NCBI GenBank assembly: GCA_038230375.1
Contig: JBBRNJ010000042.1
Span: 10,525 to 74,524 of the forward strand
Direction: 5' to 3'
DNA from: Polyangiales bacterium
Lineage (GTDB): Bacteria; Myxococcota_A; Polyangia; Polyangiales; Polyangiaceae
Length of the DNA stretch: 64,000 bases
Both the position numbers and the translations under genes were made by a program. Below are positions 30,037 to 39,325 of the stretch, in pieces; the stretch's first letter is position 1; every line of letters starts with the position of its first letter. The notes below the pieces were generated by a model that ran no database searches, had not been told where the DNA came from, and saw only the letters and a program-made list of their open reading frames with translations.

Positions 30037-30435
30037 ATGAGCAACGACCCGAGTCCCGAGCCCGCACCCATGGTCCACGTGAAGACCGACAAGGTGCCGC
30101 TCCGCTATCAGTTCTACGCGCTCGGCGGCATCCTGGGATTCACGGCCGTGATCGGCGCGAGCGTGTACGGCATTCGCGCGGCTGGTACATCGAGCTACAT
30201 AGAGCCCGCGTGCGAGAAGTCGTGCGCGGCAGTCCAGAGCCACTTCGCGGACGTCGAGTTCCACATGGGCAAGCAGGACCACGACTCGTTGTGTATCTGC
30301 ACGAACAACGCACGCCTCCCGAGCCCCGAGGCAAACACGATAGGCACGCTGTCCGCGCTCACGCCCATCGCCCTTGGCCTTCTGATGGCGGTCGTCCTGA
30401 TCGCAGTCGTAGCGAAGCGCTCACGGCGCGCGTAG
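30037..30435 (+). CDS. Small 2-TM hypothetical protein with Cys-containing loop
   Basis: Two hydrophobic helices flanking CEKSC...CIC. Confidence 0.65.
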   Translation: MSNDPSPEPAPMVHVKTDKVPLRYQFYALGGILGFTAVIGASVYGIRAAGTSSYIEPACEKSCAAVQSHFADVEFHMGKQDHDSLCICTNNARLPSPEANTIGTLSALTPIALGLLMAVVLIAVVAKRSRRA

Positions 30436-30447
30436 TCGGAGATCGTT

Positions 30448-31629
30448 TCAGGACCTGCGATGTCCCGGGATTTCACGGATGACGGCGGAGACCAGCCGTT
30501 CCCCGTCGGCCTCGAGCGGGCTCAAGCTGATCTCGACCGGGAACTCGGTGGCGTCCTTGCGCCGCGCGTACAGACCTCCGGCGCTCGTGCCCATGGCGCG
30601 GACCTTGGGGTCGCCGAAGTAGCCGCCGCGGTGCCCGGAGTGGCGGTCACGGGCTCTCTCGGGGACCACGATCTCGACGTTCTGCCCGAGAAGCTCGCTG
30701 CGCGCATACCCGAACATTCGTTCGGTCTGTGAGTTGACGAGCACGATCTCCCCGCTGCCATTGACGATGATCAATGCGTCGGGCAGTGATTCGATCAAGA
30801 TGCGGAACTTGTTCTCGGCACGACTGCGCTCGGTGACGTCGCGCGCTGCGACGAAGACGCCCTGAAGCATCTTGTTCCGATCGTAGAAGGTGGTGGCGTT
30901 GCAGGACACCTCTGTGGTCTTCCCGTGTCGCGCGCGCGCGACGAGGTCGTAGTTGACGACTCTCTTGTTGCTGAGAGCCAGCTGTATGCCCGCTTCGGCC
31001 CGCGCCGGGTCGGTAAAGTGGTTCTTGAATGGGGCGCCGATCAGCTCGTCGCGCGTGCAGGCGCTGAGAGTCGCCATCTGCTTGTTGACGTCGATGATGA
31101 TGCCGCGTGGATCGGTGGTCATCAGCGCGTCGACGTTGGATTCGATCAGCGAGCGCGTGTAGAACTGCTCGTCTCGCAATCTCAGATCGAGCTTCAGCCG
31201 GTCGGCCTCGAGCTGCTTCTGCACGGTGTTGTCGTTGCTGATCAGCAAGAAGCCGATGATGGCGTCCCGCCCGTCGCGCAGCGCCGTGACCGACACCACC
31301 GCCGGGAACCGACTCCCGTCCTTGCGGACCTTGGTCAGCTCGTAGACGTCCTCGATACCGCGCGACGCCCTGAACACGACGGCGTCGAACCCGGGCGCGA
31401 TCGGAGTGCCGAACTCGAGGCTCAACGCGTTGGCGCGCGCGATCAACTCCGGGCCATCGTGCAGGTCGGCCGGCGTGAGCTTGTTCAGCACTTCGGCGGC
31501 TGCGTATCCGAGCATCCGCTCGGCGCCGACATTGAAGATCTGGATGACGCCCTTCGGATCGGTTGCGATGCACGAGAAGTGCACGCTTCTGAAGATGGCG
31601 TCCTGCAGGCTCCTCGGGTCGGTCGGCAT
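30448..31629 (-). CDS. Triple-PAS sensor protein with no output domain
   Basis: Three PAS/PAC units (FNVGAERMLGY...RKDGSRFP; VNKQ...ARDVTER; VNSQTERMFGY...RRKDATEFPVEISLSP); stop directly after the third PAC. Confidence 0.85.
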   Translation of the reverse strand: MPTDPRSLQDAIFRSVHFSCIATDPKGVIQIFNVGAERMLGYAAAEVLNKLTPADLHDGPELIARANALSLEFGTPIAPGFDAVVFRASRGIEDVYELTKVRKDGSRFPAVVSVTALRDGRDAIIGFLLISNDNTVQKQLEADRLKLDLRLRDEQFYTRSLIESNVDALMTTDPRGIIIDVNKQMATLSACTRDELIGAPFKNHFTDPARAEAGIQLALSNKRVVNYDLVARARHGKTTEVSCNATTFYDRNKMLQGVFVAARDVTERSRAENKFRILIESLPDALIIVNGSGEIVLVNSQTERMFGYARSELLGQNVEIVVPERARDRHSGHRGGYFGDPKVRAMGTSAGGLYARRKDATEFPVEISLSPLEADGERLVSAVIREIPGHRRS

Positions 31630-31810
31630 GGAAGACTGAATGTAGGTTGTCGCGACCCCCGGTGCCGGAATTCGCCTCCTGGAGAACGAGCGAGCGCGAA
31701 CCGACAACCTCATCACTCAACCCTGCAATCTGCCTTCTCGCACACATTCGTTTGCGTGCGAAACACGGCGTCTGTTCCTCGTTTGCAGCCAAAAATCCCG
31801 CGCTTGTGCG

Positions 31811-31826
31811 CGGCACGGTGGGTGCT
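31811..31826 (+). promoter_or_regulatory. Putative sigma-54 promoter (-24/-12)
   Basis: CGGCACGgtggGTGCT has GG and GC at canonical spacing, 13 nt before ATG 31840. Confidence 0.6.
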
Positions 31827-31839
31827 TCAAGGGCTCGCC

Positions 31840-32289
31840 ATGAACAAGATTCACTTGGCATTGGCGGTGTCGGCGGCCCTGGCGGTGGCGTGTACGAGCG
31901 GGGCAGAGGACTGGTCGTCGGGCACCAGCTCATGGGGCGGCGGAGACTACGACGCTGGCGGCTACGATCCCGGCGACTGGGGCGGCTGGACGGAGGCAGG
32001 CGCCCACGATCCCAATGGCGACACCAACCCTTGCTGGTGGGAGAGCCCCGGCGCGTGTCCTGCCGACCCCGACGGTGGCGTTGCAAGACCCGATGCCGCG
32101 GCGGTGGATGCGGGCGCTCCCGTCGACGACGCGGGGACCGTGGACGATGACGCGAGCATCATCGACGACGATGCGGGCGACGTCGATGACGACGCAGGCA
32201 CCATCGACGACGACGCGGGCACCATCGACGTGGACGCGGGTCAGATCTGCCGTCGAGGCAGGCGGCGCCGCGACGGGGGCTGCCGGTAG
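31840..32289 (+). CDS. Small acidic lipoprotein with DDDAG repeats
   Basis: MNKIHLALAVSAALAVAC lipoprotein signal; 7-aa (21-bp) DDDAGTI-like repeats. Confidence 0.7.
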   Translation: MNKIHLALAVSAALAVACTSGAEDWSSGTSSWGGGDYDAGGYDPGDWGGWTEAGAHDPNGDTNPCWWESPGACPADPDGGVARPDAAAVDAGAPVDDAGTVDDDASIIDDDAGDVDDDAGTIDDDAGTIDVDAGQICRRGRRRRDGGCR

Positions 32290-32334
32290 CGATCTGCTCG
32301 CGCCCCTTGCGGTTTTTCCTGGTCGCGGTAACTA

Positions 32335-33138
32335 ATGGACCCCATGTCGGCGTCGCTCCTCCAGAATCACGTGCGGCCCCTGCGCGCGGGGCTGCATCGA
32401 GCGTCGCTCATCCTGGTACCGCTCCTCGTCGTGCTGCTCGTGCTGCTCGCGGCGTCTCGTGATGCATTCGCGCGGGGCGCGCAGATCGGTGAGCCGCAGC
32501 GCCTCGAGATCGAAGGCCAGGCCGACGCGTTCTTCTATCGCCCACGCGGCGGCGGCGCGCGCCCCGTGATCATGTACCTCCACGGTCGCGGCGGAAACGC
32601 GGCGGAGGATTGCCGCAAGTGGGCCAAGGTCGCCACGGAGTTCGGCTGGGTCGTCTGCCCGCAAGGGCCCGAGGATCGCGGCTCGGGCGGGCGCGGCTGG
32701 GCGAACGGCGCGCCGCAAGGCAAGACCGTGATCGACGCGGCGCTCAATGCATTGCATGCAAAGTACAAGCATCGCGTCCGCACGCGCAACAACATCCTGA
32801 TGGGCTTCTCCGAGGGCGCCTTCATCGCCCAGCAGGTCGGCCTGATGGACTCGAAGACGTGGGGGCGCTGGCTCATCCTGGCCGCGAGCGATCAGTACTG
32901 GATGGGCGACACCAGCGCCACGCTGAAGGCCTCCCACAAGAACCTCCACCGCGTGTTCCTGCTCCCGGGCGAGAACGACGGCGTGAAGGACAACACCCTC
33001 GTGGTGCACGGCCTGCTCAAGGACAACAAGATCCCGGTGAAGATGAAGATCGTCCCCGGCATGGGCCACGAGGTCCCCGCGGACCGCATGGTCTCACTCT
33101 ACAGACGTCCACTCGCGTGGCTCGCGGCCGCGCGTTGA
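32335..33138 (+). CDS. Alpha/beta hydrolase (phospholipase/carboxylesterase-like), secreted or membrane-anchored
   Basis: YLHGRGG, GFSEG, GEND, GMGH. Confidence 0.82.
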   Translation: MDPMSASLLQNHVRPLRAGLHRASLILVPLLVVLLVLLAASRDAFARGAQIGEPQRLEIEGQADAFFYRPRGGGARPVIMYLHGRGGNAAEDCRKWAKVATEFGWVVCPQGPEDRGSGGRGWANGAPQGKTVIDAALNALHAKYKHRVRTRNNILMGFSEGAFIAQQVGLMDSKTWGRWLILAASDQYWMGDTSATLKASHKNLHRVFLLPGENDGVKDNTLVVHGLLKDNKIPVKMKIVPGMGHEVPADRMVSLYRRPLAWLAAAR

Positions 33139-33163
33139 CGACGTAGAGCGCCGAGGTCAGCGG

Positions 33164-33901
33164 ATGTTCGCGCCCACACAGACGCCTCGCGCGGAGCTCG
33201 CCTCCACGCTGCGCGCGCGTGGATTCGCCGTGCTCGGTGCCGCGGACGTGGCTGCGATCGCGGGCGTCGCTGCGGGCGAGCTCGCGGCGCTGACTCCGTT
33301 CTGGAGCGACCTGCCCGAGGACACGCATCTTCGCGACGGTGGCCGCTACCGGAGGCGTCGCCACGGCAGCTTCGTGGTGGATCCCGGCGCGGACGTCGTG
33401 CGCCCAGTCCCGCATCGCGCGCACTATCAGCCAGTGGAGTACAACGCGCTTCACGGCGGCATCGAGCGATGGTTCGCCCCGCTGGAACTCGCGATGGTGG
33501 AGTCGCCCGCGTGGCCCAGGCTGCTGCTCGCGCTCGGGCACGTCGCGCAGGGGCTCCGCGGCACGCACCTCTTCTATGGAGAGGCACATCCGTTTCGCAT
33601 CCAGACCGAGGGAGGCATCGGCCGACCCACACCCGAGGGCGCACACCGCGATGGCGTCGATCTGGTGTGCGTCATTCTCGTGGCACGTAGTGAGATCAAG
33701 GGCGGCGAGACGCGCGTGTTCGAGGCGGACGGTCCATCGGGAACGCGCTTCACGTTGACCGAGCCATGGAGCGCATTGCTGCTCGACGACGCGCGTGTGA
33801 TCCACGAGACCACACCCATCCAGGCCACCGAGGCCTCCAGGCTGGGCTTTCGCGACACCCTCGTGATCACGCTTCGCGCCGGGAATTTCCAGGGAAAATA
33901 G
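33164..33901 (+). CDS. 2OG-Fe(II) dioxygenase (2OG-Fe_Oxy_2/BsmA-like family)
   Basis: DGGRYRRRRH, YNALHGGIERWF, PTPEGAHRDG (HxD), GGETRV, HETTPI, RDTLV. Confidence 0.88.
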   Translation: MFAPTQTPRAELASTLRARGFAVLGAADVAAIAGVAAGELAALTPFWSDLPEDTHLRDGGRYRRRRHGSFVVDPGADVVRPVPHRAHYQPVEYNALHGGIERWFAPLELAMVESPAWPRLLLALGHVAQGLRGTHLFYGEAHPFRIQTEGGIGRPTPEGAHRDGVDLVCVILVARSEIKGGETRVFEADGPSGTRFTLTEPWSALLLDDARVIHETTPIQATEASRLGFRDTLVITLRAGNFQGK

Positions 33902-33953
33902 CCGCTCGCTTATCGCCCGGGGGTGACGGGCCGTATTCGATATCATGGCGCGG

Positions 33954-34991
33954 ATGCGAACCTCTCCCATCGCTGGGTCGATTGACCGTTCGAGGCTTCC
34001 TCGGTCGGGGTCGCTCGAACTCGTGCGGACCTTCGCTACGGAGTTTGCGCCTGCCAGGGTGCGACCGGTGGAGGTGCTGCGAAGTCCATCGCTCGACCGC
34101 CGTGCGGACCCCACTGGAAGAACGCATGTCTGGCTCGCGCTCGAGTACCTGCAAGTGACGGGGAGCTTCAAGGTGCGCGGGGCGCTGTTCGCGATGGCGC
34201 GCGCAAAGCAGGCGGGCGTGCGTGAGGTCATTGCCGCGAGCGCCGGCAATCATGGTGCAGGCGTGTCCTACGCGGCCAACGTGCTGGGCATGCGCGCGAC
34301 GGTCGTGGTGCCGAGCACCGCGCCCATGGTGAAGCGCGACAAGATCGTCGCGTATGGCGCAGAGCTCATTGTCTCCGCGGCCGAGCACTACGACGGCGCG
34401 GAGGCAGAGGCGAAGGCACTCGCCGCGCGCACTGGCGCGAAGTTCCTGTCCGCATACGACGACGAGGACGTGGTCCTGGGTAACGGCGCATCGCTCGGCT
34501 TCGAGATCGTGCGCTCCATGGGCGGCGTTCCGGATCGCGTGCTCACGCCGTTCGGTGGCGGAGGTCTTGCCACTGGCATCTCGTGGGCGCTCGAGGACGA
34601 GTCGGACGCATCGGACGGTGATCGCCGCGTATGGGGCGTGCAGTCCGAGGCATCGCCGGCGATGGAGATGTCGCTCGCGCAGGACGCGGCGCTGGAGGTG
34701 CTCGTGCCTTCGCCCACGCTCGCAGAGGGACTGGAGGGCGGCATCGCGAAGGATGCGTTCGAGCGCGCGCGCGGTGTGGTCGCCGGAATTGTCGTGGTCT
34801 CGGAGGCGCAGATCGCGCTCGGTATGCGCTATGCGCAGAGCGAGATGGGCGCGACGATCGAGGGCAGCGCGGCTGTCGCACTGGCACCCGTGATCGCCGG
34901 TCTGCCCGACGCGATGCGCGGAGGTGATGTGGTCGTTGTGCTCACCGGTCAGAACGTCGATCTCGATCGCTTCGAAAAAATGGCCGTCTGA
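33954..34991 (+). CDS. PLP-dependent threonine/serine dehydratase family enzyme (start 33954 or 33945)
   Basis: LQVTGSFKVRGA (PLP Lys), ASAGNHG, GGGGL, EGSAA, LTGQN; no ACT domain. Confidence 0.88.
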   Translation: MRTSPIAGSIDRSRLPRSGSLELVRTFATEFAPARVRPVEVLRSPSLDRRADPTGRTHVWLALEYLQVTGSFKVRGALFAMARAKQAGVREVIAASAGNHGAGVSYAANVLGMRATVVVPSTAPMVKRDKIVAYGAELIVSAAEHYDGAEAEAKALAARTGAKFLSAYDDEDVVLGNGASLGFEIVRSMGGVPDRVLTPFGGGGLATGISWALEDESDASDGDRRVWGVQSEASPAMEMSLAQDAALEVLVPSPTLAEGLEGGIAKDAFERARGVVAGIVVVSEAQIALGMRYAQSEMGATIEGSAAVALAPVIAGLPDAMRGGDVVVVLTGQNVDLDRFEKMAV

Positions 34992-35008
34992 GCTGCTACT
35001 CTTCACGG

Positions 35009-36118
35009 ATGCGACGAGCGTTCGTGTTCGGGGTGAGCATCGCGTCCCTCGTGATCCTCGCGCAAGGCTGCGGCGGCAACGATAGCAACGGCGGCGGCGG
35101 CGGCGGCAACGGTGATGACGGTGGTGGTGGTGGTAACGCCGATGGCGGCGGTGGCGTGGGACCTGTCGGCGAGGGCGGCGTAGCTCCAGGAACCGACGGC
35201 GGCGGGACGAACCCGAACGTGGACGCGGGGCCAGGCCCCACCCTCAGTGGCTGTCCCATCTTCCCGGCGAACGATCCGTGGAACACGGACGTCTCGGCTG
35301 CGGGCGTGGACGCCACGTGGACCACGAACCTCTTCATGTACTCCACGCTGAAGAAGACCCACCCGGACTTCGGCTCCGCGTTCGGCATTCCCTACAACCT
35401 GGTCGCGCAGGGCCAGGCCAAGCTGCCGATGACGTTCCAGGTGCCAACCGAAAGCGATCCGGGTCCGTATCCCTTCCCTGGCGCCACGACCAAGATCGAA
35501 GGCGGCACGCCCACTGCGTGCGCTGGTGACTGTCACGTGCTCACGCTGGAGCAGGGAACCTGCCTTCTCTACGAGGCTGGCAATTGCATGTATAATACAG
35601 GCACCAACGCGTGGGCCTGCTACTCGGGCGCGAAGTTCGACCTGAAGAAGCTGCAGCCTGGCCAGCGCCCCGCGACCTGGACCAGCGCGGACGCGGCGGG
35701 CCTCCCGATCTTCCCGGGCCTCGTGCGTTACGACGAGGTGGCCGCGGGAGAGGTGAAGCACGCCATCCGCTTCACGATGCACTGCACGCAAGACGGCTAC
35801 GTGACGCCGGCCTCGCACCAGGCAGTCCCCGCCCAGTGCCCGAAGGGCATCACGCAGGCAAACCTGCGGGCGCAGTATCCACCCATGGGCCTGCGGATGC
35901 GCCTGCAAGCAAACTACGATCTCACCAAGATGTCAGAGCAGGCGAAGATCGTGGCAACTGCCATGAAGAAGTACGGCCTGATCCTGGCGGACAACGGCTC
36001 CGACTACTACTTCCAGGGCGATCCAAATCCAGGCTGGGACGACAACCAGCTGAACGATCTGAAGAACATCCCGGGCGACGCGTTCGAGGTGATCACGCTC
36101 CCCCCGATCAGTCACTGA
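35009..36118 (+). CDS. Conserved-looking secreted lipoprotein of unknown function
   Basis: Lipobox AQGC, Gly-rich linker, GCPIFPANDPWNTDVS, GDCHVL, SADAAGLP, HAIRFT, PPMGLR, YGLILADNG. Confidence 0.8.
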   Translation: MRRAFVFGVSIASLVILAQGCGGNDSNGGGGGGNGDDGGGGGNADGGGGVGPVGEGGVAPGTDGGGTNPNVDAGPGPTLSGCPIFPANDPWNTDVSAAGVDATWTTNLFMYSTLKKTHPDFGSAFGIPYNLVAQGQAKLPMTFQVPTESDPGPYPFPGATTKIEGGTPTACAGDCHVLTLEQGTCLLYEAGNCMYNTGTNAWACYSGAKFDLKKLQPGQRPATWTSADAAGLPIFPGLVRYDEVAAGEVKHAIRFTMHCTQDGYVTPASHQAVPAQCPKGITQANLRAQYPPMGLRMRLQANYDLTKMSEQAKIVATAMKKYGLILADNGSDYYFQGDPNPGWDDNQLNDLKNIPGDAFEVITLPPISH

Positions 36119-36121
36119 CGC

Positions 36122-37162
36122 TCAGTTCACCGGAGCCGGAAAGCGCAACACGCGCCCACGCGCCGGCTCCCCCTTGGCCTCGACGGTGATCACCATCTCC
36201 GCGCCAATCCGCCCGACCCACATCCCAGCGGGCACGGGCGGCGTGAGCACGACCCCGCGCGTAGCGGAGCGATCGAACAGCATGACCGCGTCCACATCCC
36301 CCGTGTCCACGTCCTCCCCGTCGACGTACACGCGCTCGCCCATCACCACGCCGGAGTAGCTGGATGCGAAATCATCCGCGAGGTCCACGGACGACAGCTG
36401 CTGCAATCCCGGCCACGCGTGCGTGCGAAGCTCGTCCGCCTCGGCGATGTGCACGCGCGCCCCATCCGCCGAAAATCCCACGAGCCCAGCAGACACGCTC
36501 CCCTCATCCATCGCAGTCGTGATCGCGACGGGCGGGCCGTCCGTGAACCCGGCGACGCGCGCGAACGTTCCATCCTGGCCGCACGCGGCGAGGAGCAGCA
36601 CGGCGTCGTCGTGGGGATGAGTGTGGAGCTCGTGCGCGGCGGGGGGAGGGAAGGGCGCGCTCTTCACGGCGCCGATGAACGCGTGGCTCTCCGCGTCGAT
36701 CAGGATGATCGCCGTCTCCTTGCCGCTCTCCGCAGAGATCCACAGCTTCTTTCCCGAGCGATCGAACGTGATCGCGTGCGCGATGAACTCCTCGCCCCAG
36801 AGGTCTGCGATCGCGGTGCGGCTGGTCTCGCCAAGAGCGCCCAGCGTCACGACGACGCTCTGGCCCTTCACCGTGCCGGTGATCGCGGCGAGCTCGCCGC
36901 TGGTGGAGATGGCGATCCCGTGGAGGCCCTTCTCGGCGCCAAGGTGTCCGGTAGGGGCCGGCTTCGCGGTCGGAAGCGCGAGGTCCTTCGGCAGCGAAAA
37001 CGATCTCCCATCGCGCAGGACGTCGCCATCGAGCACGCGGCTCTCGAGGGTGCCCTTGATGGATGCGAACGCGAAGCGCGTGCGGGCCGGGTCCACGCAG
37101 ATCCAGGGCCACGCCAGGTGCTTGTGAGCGACGTCGAACGCGCCGATCTCGTTCCACTGCAT
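36122..37162 (-). CDS. Hypothetical protein, probable beta-propeller
   Basis: Blade-like segments GIAISTSG, AITFDRSGKKLWIS, GFSADGARVHIA. Confidence 0.72.
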   Translation of the reverse strand: MQWNEIGAFDVAHKHLAWPWICVDPARTRFAFASIKGTLESRVLDGDVLRDGRSFSLPKDLALPTAKPAPTGHLGAEKGLHGIAISTSGELAAITGTVKGQSVVVTLGALGETSRTAIADLWGEEFIAHAITFDRSGKKLWISAESGKETAIILIDAESHAFIGAVKSAPFPPPAAHELHTHPHDDAVLLLAACGQDGTFARVAGFTDGPPVAITTAMDEGSVSAGLVGFSADGARVHIAEADELRTHAWPGLQQLSSVDLADDFASSYSGVVMGERVYVDGEDVDTGDVDAVMLFDRSATRGVVLTPPVPAGMWVGRIGAEMVITVEAKGEPARGRVLRFPAPVN

Positions 37163-37208
37163 GGCCCCCCTTCTAGTCCGCGGCGCAAGCGGTTGCTACG
37201 CTGAACGG

Positions 37209-37703
37209 GTGCAGTGCCGCTTCACCCTCCATGCCTCGCTCATGCTCGTCGTCGCGTGCGGAGGCCAGAGGTCCGCGCCCGCCGAGCCAGTGGTGGCCGT
37301 CACGATCCCAGCCCCGCCCGATGCAGGCGTGAAGGCGCCGGAGCCCGTGGCGATCGCGAGCGCGGCGCCCACTGCTCCCACGCCGCCACCAGATGATCAT
37401 GACGAGCCGCGACATGACCGACCTCAGCGCGGCGGCGGAGGCGGTCCGTTCGATCGTGGCGCGGTGGCGCAGGCGATCTCGGAGATCGATCCCTCCGTGT
37501 GCGCGACACCCGGCGGCCCGCGTGGGCGCGGTCACGTCACGATCACCTTCCATCCGAGCGGCAACGTCCAGTCGGTCCACGTTGACCAACCATTCCTCAA
37601 CACGAACAGCGGAGCGTGCGTCGCGTCGCTCTACGCAAGCATGACGATCCCCTGGTTTTCAGGCGGGCCGGTGACAGTCGGCAAATCGTTCGTGGTGCCG
37701 TAG
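37209..37703 (+). CDS. Lipoprotein with Pro-rich linker and AgmX/GltG-type TonB-C-like domain
   Basis: GTG 37209 after TGcTACGCT; VVAC lipobox; GRGHVTITFHPSGNV...SGACVA. Confidence 0.7.
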   Translation: MQCRFTLHASLMLVVACGGQRSAPAEPVVAVTIPAPPDAGVKAPEPVAIASAAPTAPTPPPDDHDEPRHDRPQRGGGGGPFDRGAVAQAISEIDPSVCATPGGPRGRGHVTITFHPSGNVQSVHVDQPFLNTNSGACVASLYASMTIPWFSGGPVTVGKSFVVP

Positions 37704-37727
37704 GAGGGCGTGGTATCAACGGCCCCC

Positions 37728-38375
37728 ATGACAGATGACCCGAAGGTCGACAGCGCGCGGAGACCACCGCTCGTTCTCGGCATCGCGGGGGGATCAGGTT
37801 CGGGCAAGAGCACCATTGCCCGATCGATATTGGCCGCGCTCCCCAAGGGCAGCGGCGTGCTCCTGGAGCAAGACCACTACTACCGTTCGCAGTCGCACCT
37901 CCCCGTGGAGGAGCGCGAGCGGACCAACTACGACCATCCGGATGCCCTGGAGCTCGATCTCCTGTGCACGCACCTGGACGAGCTGCGCGCCGGTCGCGAG
38001 ATCATCCGACCCACCTACGATTTTCAGACCCACGATCGCAGCAAGGTGGGCCTGCCGATCGCCCCCGCGAACGTCATCGTCGTGGAAGGGATACTGGTCC
38101 TCGCAGAGCCGCGCCTTCGCTCTCGGTTCGAGGTGAAGTTGTTCGTCGACACGGACTCCGACATCCGACTGATGCGGCGCATCCGTCGCGATCTGGAGCA
38201 CCGCGGCCGCACGTTCATGCAGGTGCGGAAGCAATACTACGAGAGCGTGCGCCCCATGCACGTTGCCTTCGTGGAGCCGTCGAAGCGCTCCGCGGACATC
38301 ATCATTCCTGAGGGGGGACAGAACCAGGTCGCCCTCGATTTCCTCCTCAGCTTCGTGCTCTCTCGCGCGTCGTAG
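37728..38375 (+). CDS. udk: Uridine kinase
   Basis: GIAGGSGSGKST, QDHYY, NYDHPDA, PTYDF, IVVEGIL, DIRLMRRIRRD...RGR, FVEPSKR.ADIIIP. Confidence 0.95.
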   Translation: MTDDPKVDSARRPPLVLGIAGGSGSGKSTIARSILAALPKGSGVLLEQDHYYRSQSHLPVEERERTNYDHPDALELDLLCTHLDELRAGREIIRPTYDFQTHDRSKVGLPIAPANVIVVEGILVLAEPRLRSRFEVKLFVDTDSDIRLMRRIRRDLEHRGRTFMQVRKQYYESVRPMHVAFVEPSKRSADIIIPEGGQNQVALDFLLSFVLSRAS

Positions 38376-38387
38376 TCAGTCCGCGTC

Positions 38388-39185
38388 TCATGCCGCCCGG
38401 CGCTCCGGAGGTCCCTGCTTCTTCGCAAGATAGTAGAGCCACGGTTCGCGTGAGCGGCGCGCGGTCTCCGCGTCCAGCTCGTCGCCTCCCGTGAGCGCGA
38501 ACACGCGCACGTCTCCGAAGCCCGCGTCGTGGAGCTGCTGGAGCTGAGCGTCCGCGCGAATGTGGTACGAGACCAGCCGGTAGCCGAACGCGCCATCACG
38601 CAGCGTGGCGTGCGGCCGCGCGAACCACGTCGCGTATTCCGGGTTGTTTGCGCGAATGCGTGCGGCGGAGAGCAGGTCCAGTACCTTGCCCAGCCCGCGC
38701 CTATTTCCCTCGAGCAGGTCGGGCGCGCGTCCCAGGTTGTGACTCGAGAAGCAGAGCCACGCGCCGTCCCGCGACACGCGATGGATCTCCGCCAGCACGC
38801 GCAGTCGGTCCTCGTGATTCACGCAGTCGAGGCCGTTGTGCGAGAAGAGCACCAGATCGAACTGCCCGTCCGCGAAGTCCACGAGGTCGCGAGCGTCACC
38901 TTGCGCAATCGCATAGGGCTCATGCGCGAAGCGACGGCGGCACGCGGTCACCATCTCCGGCACGTAGTCCACACCAACGTACCGCTTCACGCGCGGCCCG
39001 AAGTACCGCGTGGTCCGCCCACCGCCCACGCCCAGGTCGAGCATTGTCGCCGTGCCGAGCTCCGGCGCGAGCAGCTGCGCGATCGTGGCCTCGGGTGGTT
39101 GAAGAGTGTCTGCATGCACGTAGAAGTCCACGGTGCGCGGGTCCGCGAACGTGCGCTGGTTCGACTGATCGAGCGAAAGGAACAT
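38388..39185 (-). CDS. Class I SAM-dependent methyltransferase
   Basis: MLDLGVGGGRTT, VGVDY, GDARDL, FDLVLFSHNGLD. Confidence 0.88.
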   Translation of the reverse strand: MFLSLDQSNQRTFADPRTVDFYVHADTLQPPEATIAQLLAPELGTATMLDLGVGGGRTTRYFGPRVKRYVGVDYVPEMVTACRRRFAHEPYAIAQGDARDLVDFADGQFDLVLFSHNGLDCVNHEDRLRVLAEIHRVSRDGAWLCFSSHNLGRAPDLLEGNRRGLGKVLDLLSAARIRANNPEYATWFARPHATLRDGAFGYRLVSYHIRADAQLQQLHDAGFGDVRVFALTGGDELDAETARRSREPWLYYLAKKQGPPERRAA

Positions 39186-39325
39186 GGCACTGTGGTGAGC
39201 CGGAGAGCGCGCCCGGGCAAATGACCAAACCTGACGTGTGCACGTGCGTTCGCCGCGAAATGAAAGCTCCTGACGCATCGCCCGCAGGAGCGGCACCACG
39301 GGCGCACCACGCCTAGGTTTCACGC

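Noticed and set aside
27455..30067. Very long antisense or alternate-frame ORFs (e.g. 27455-30067, 4617-6827, 11910-13787, 22622-24451, 46868-48595, 53570-55408)
   Set aside because: They shadow well-supported genes, are Arg/Ala/Gly-rich without motifs, and are expected at high GC
35090..35160. GGC/GGT-rich repeats
   Set aside because: They encode an ordinary Gly-rich lipoprotein linker
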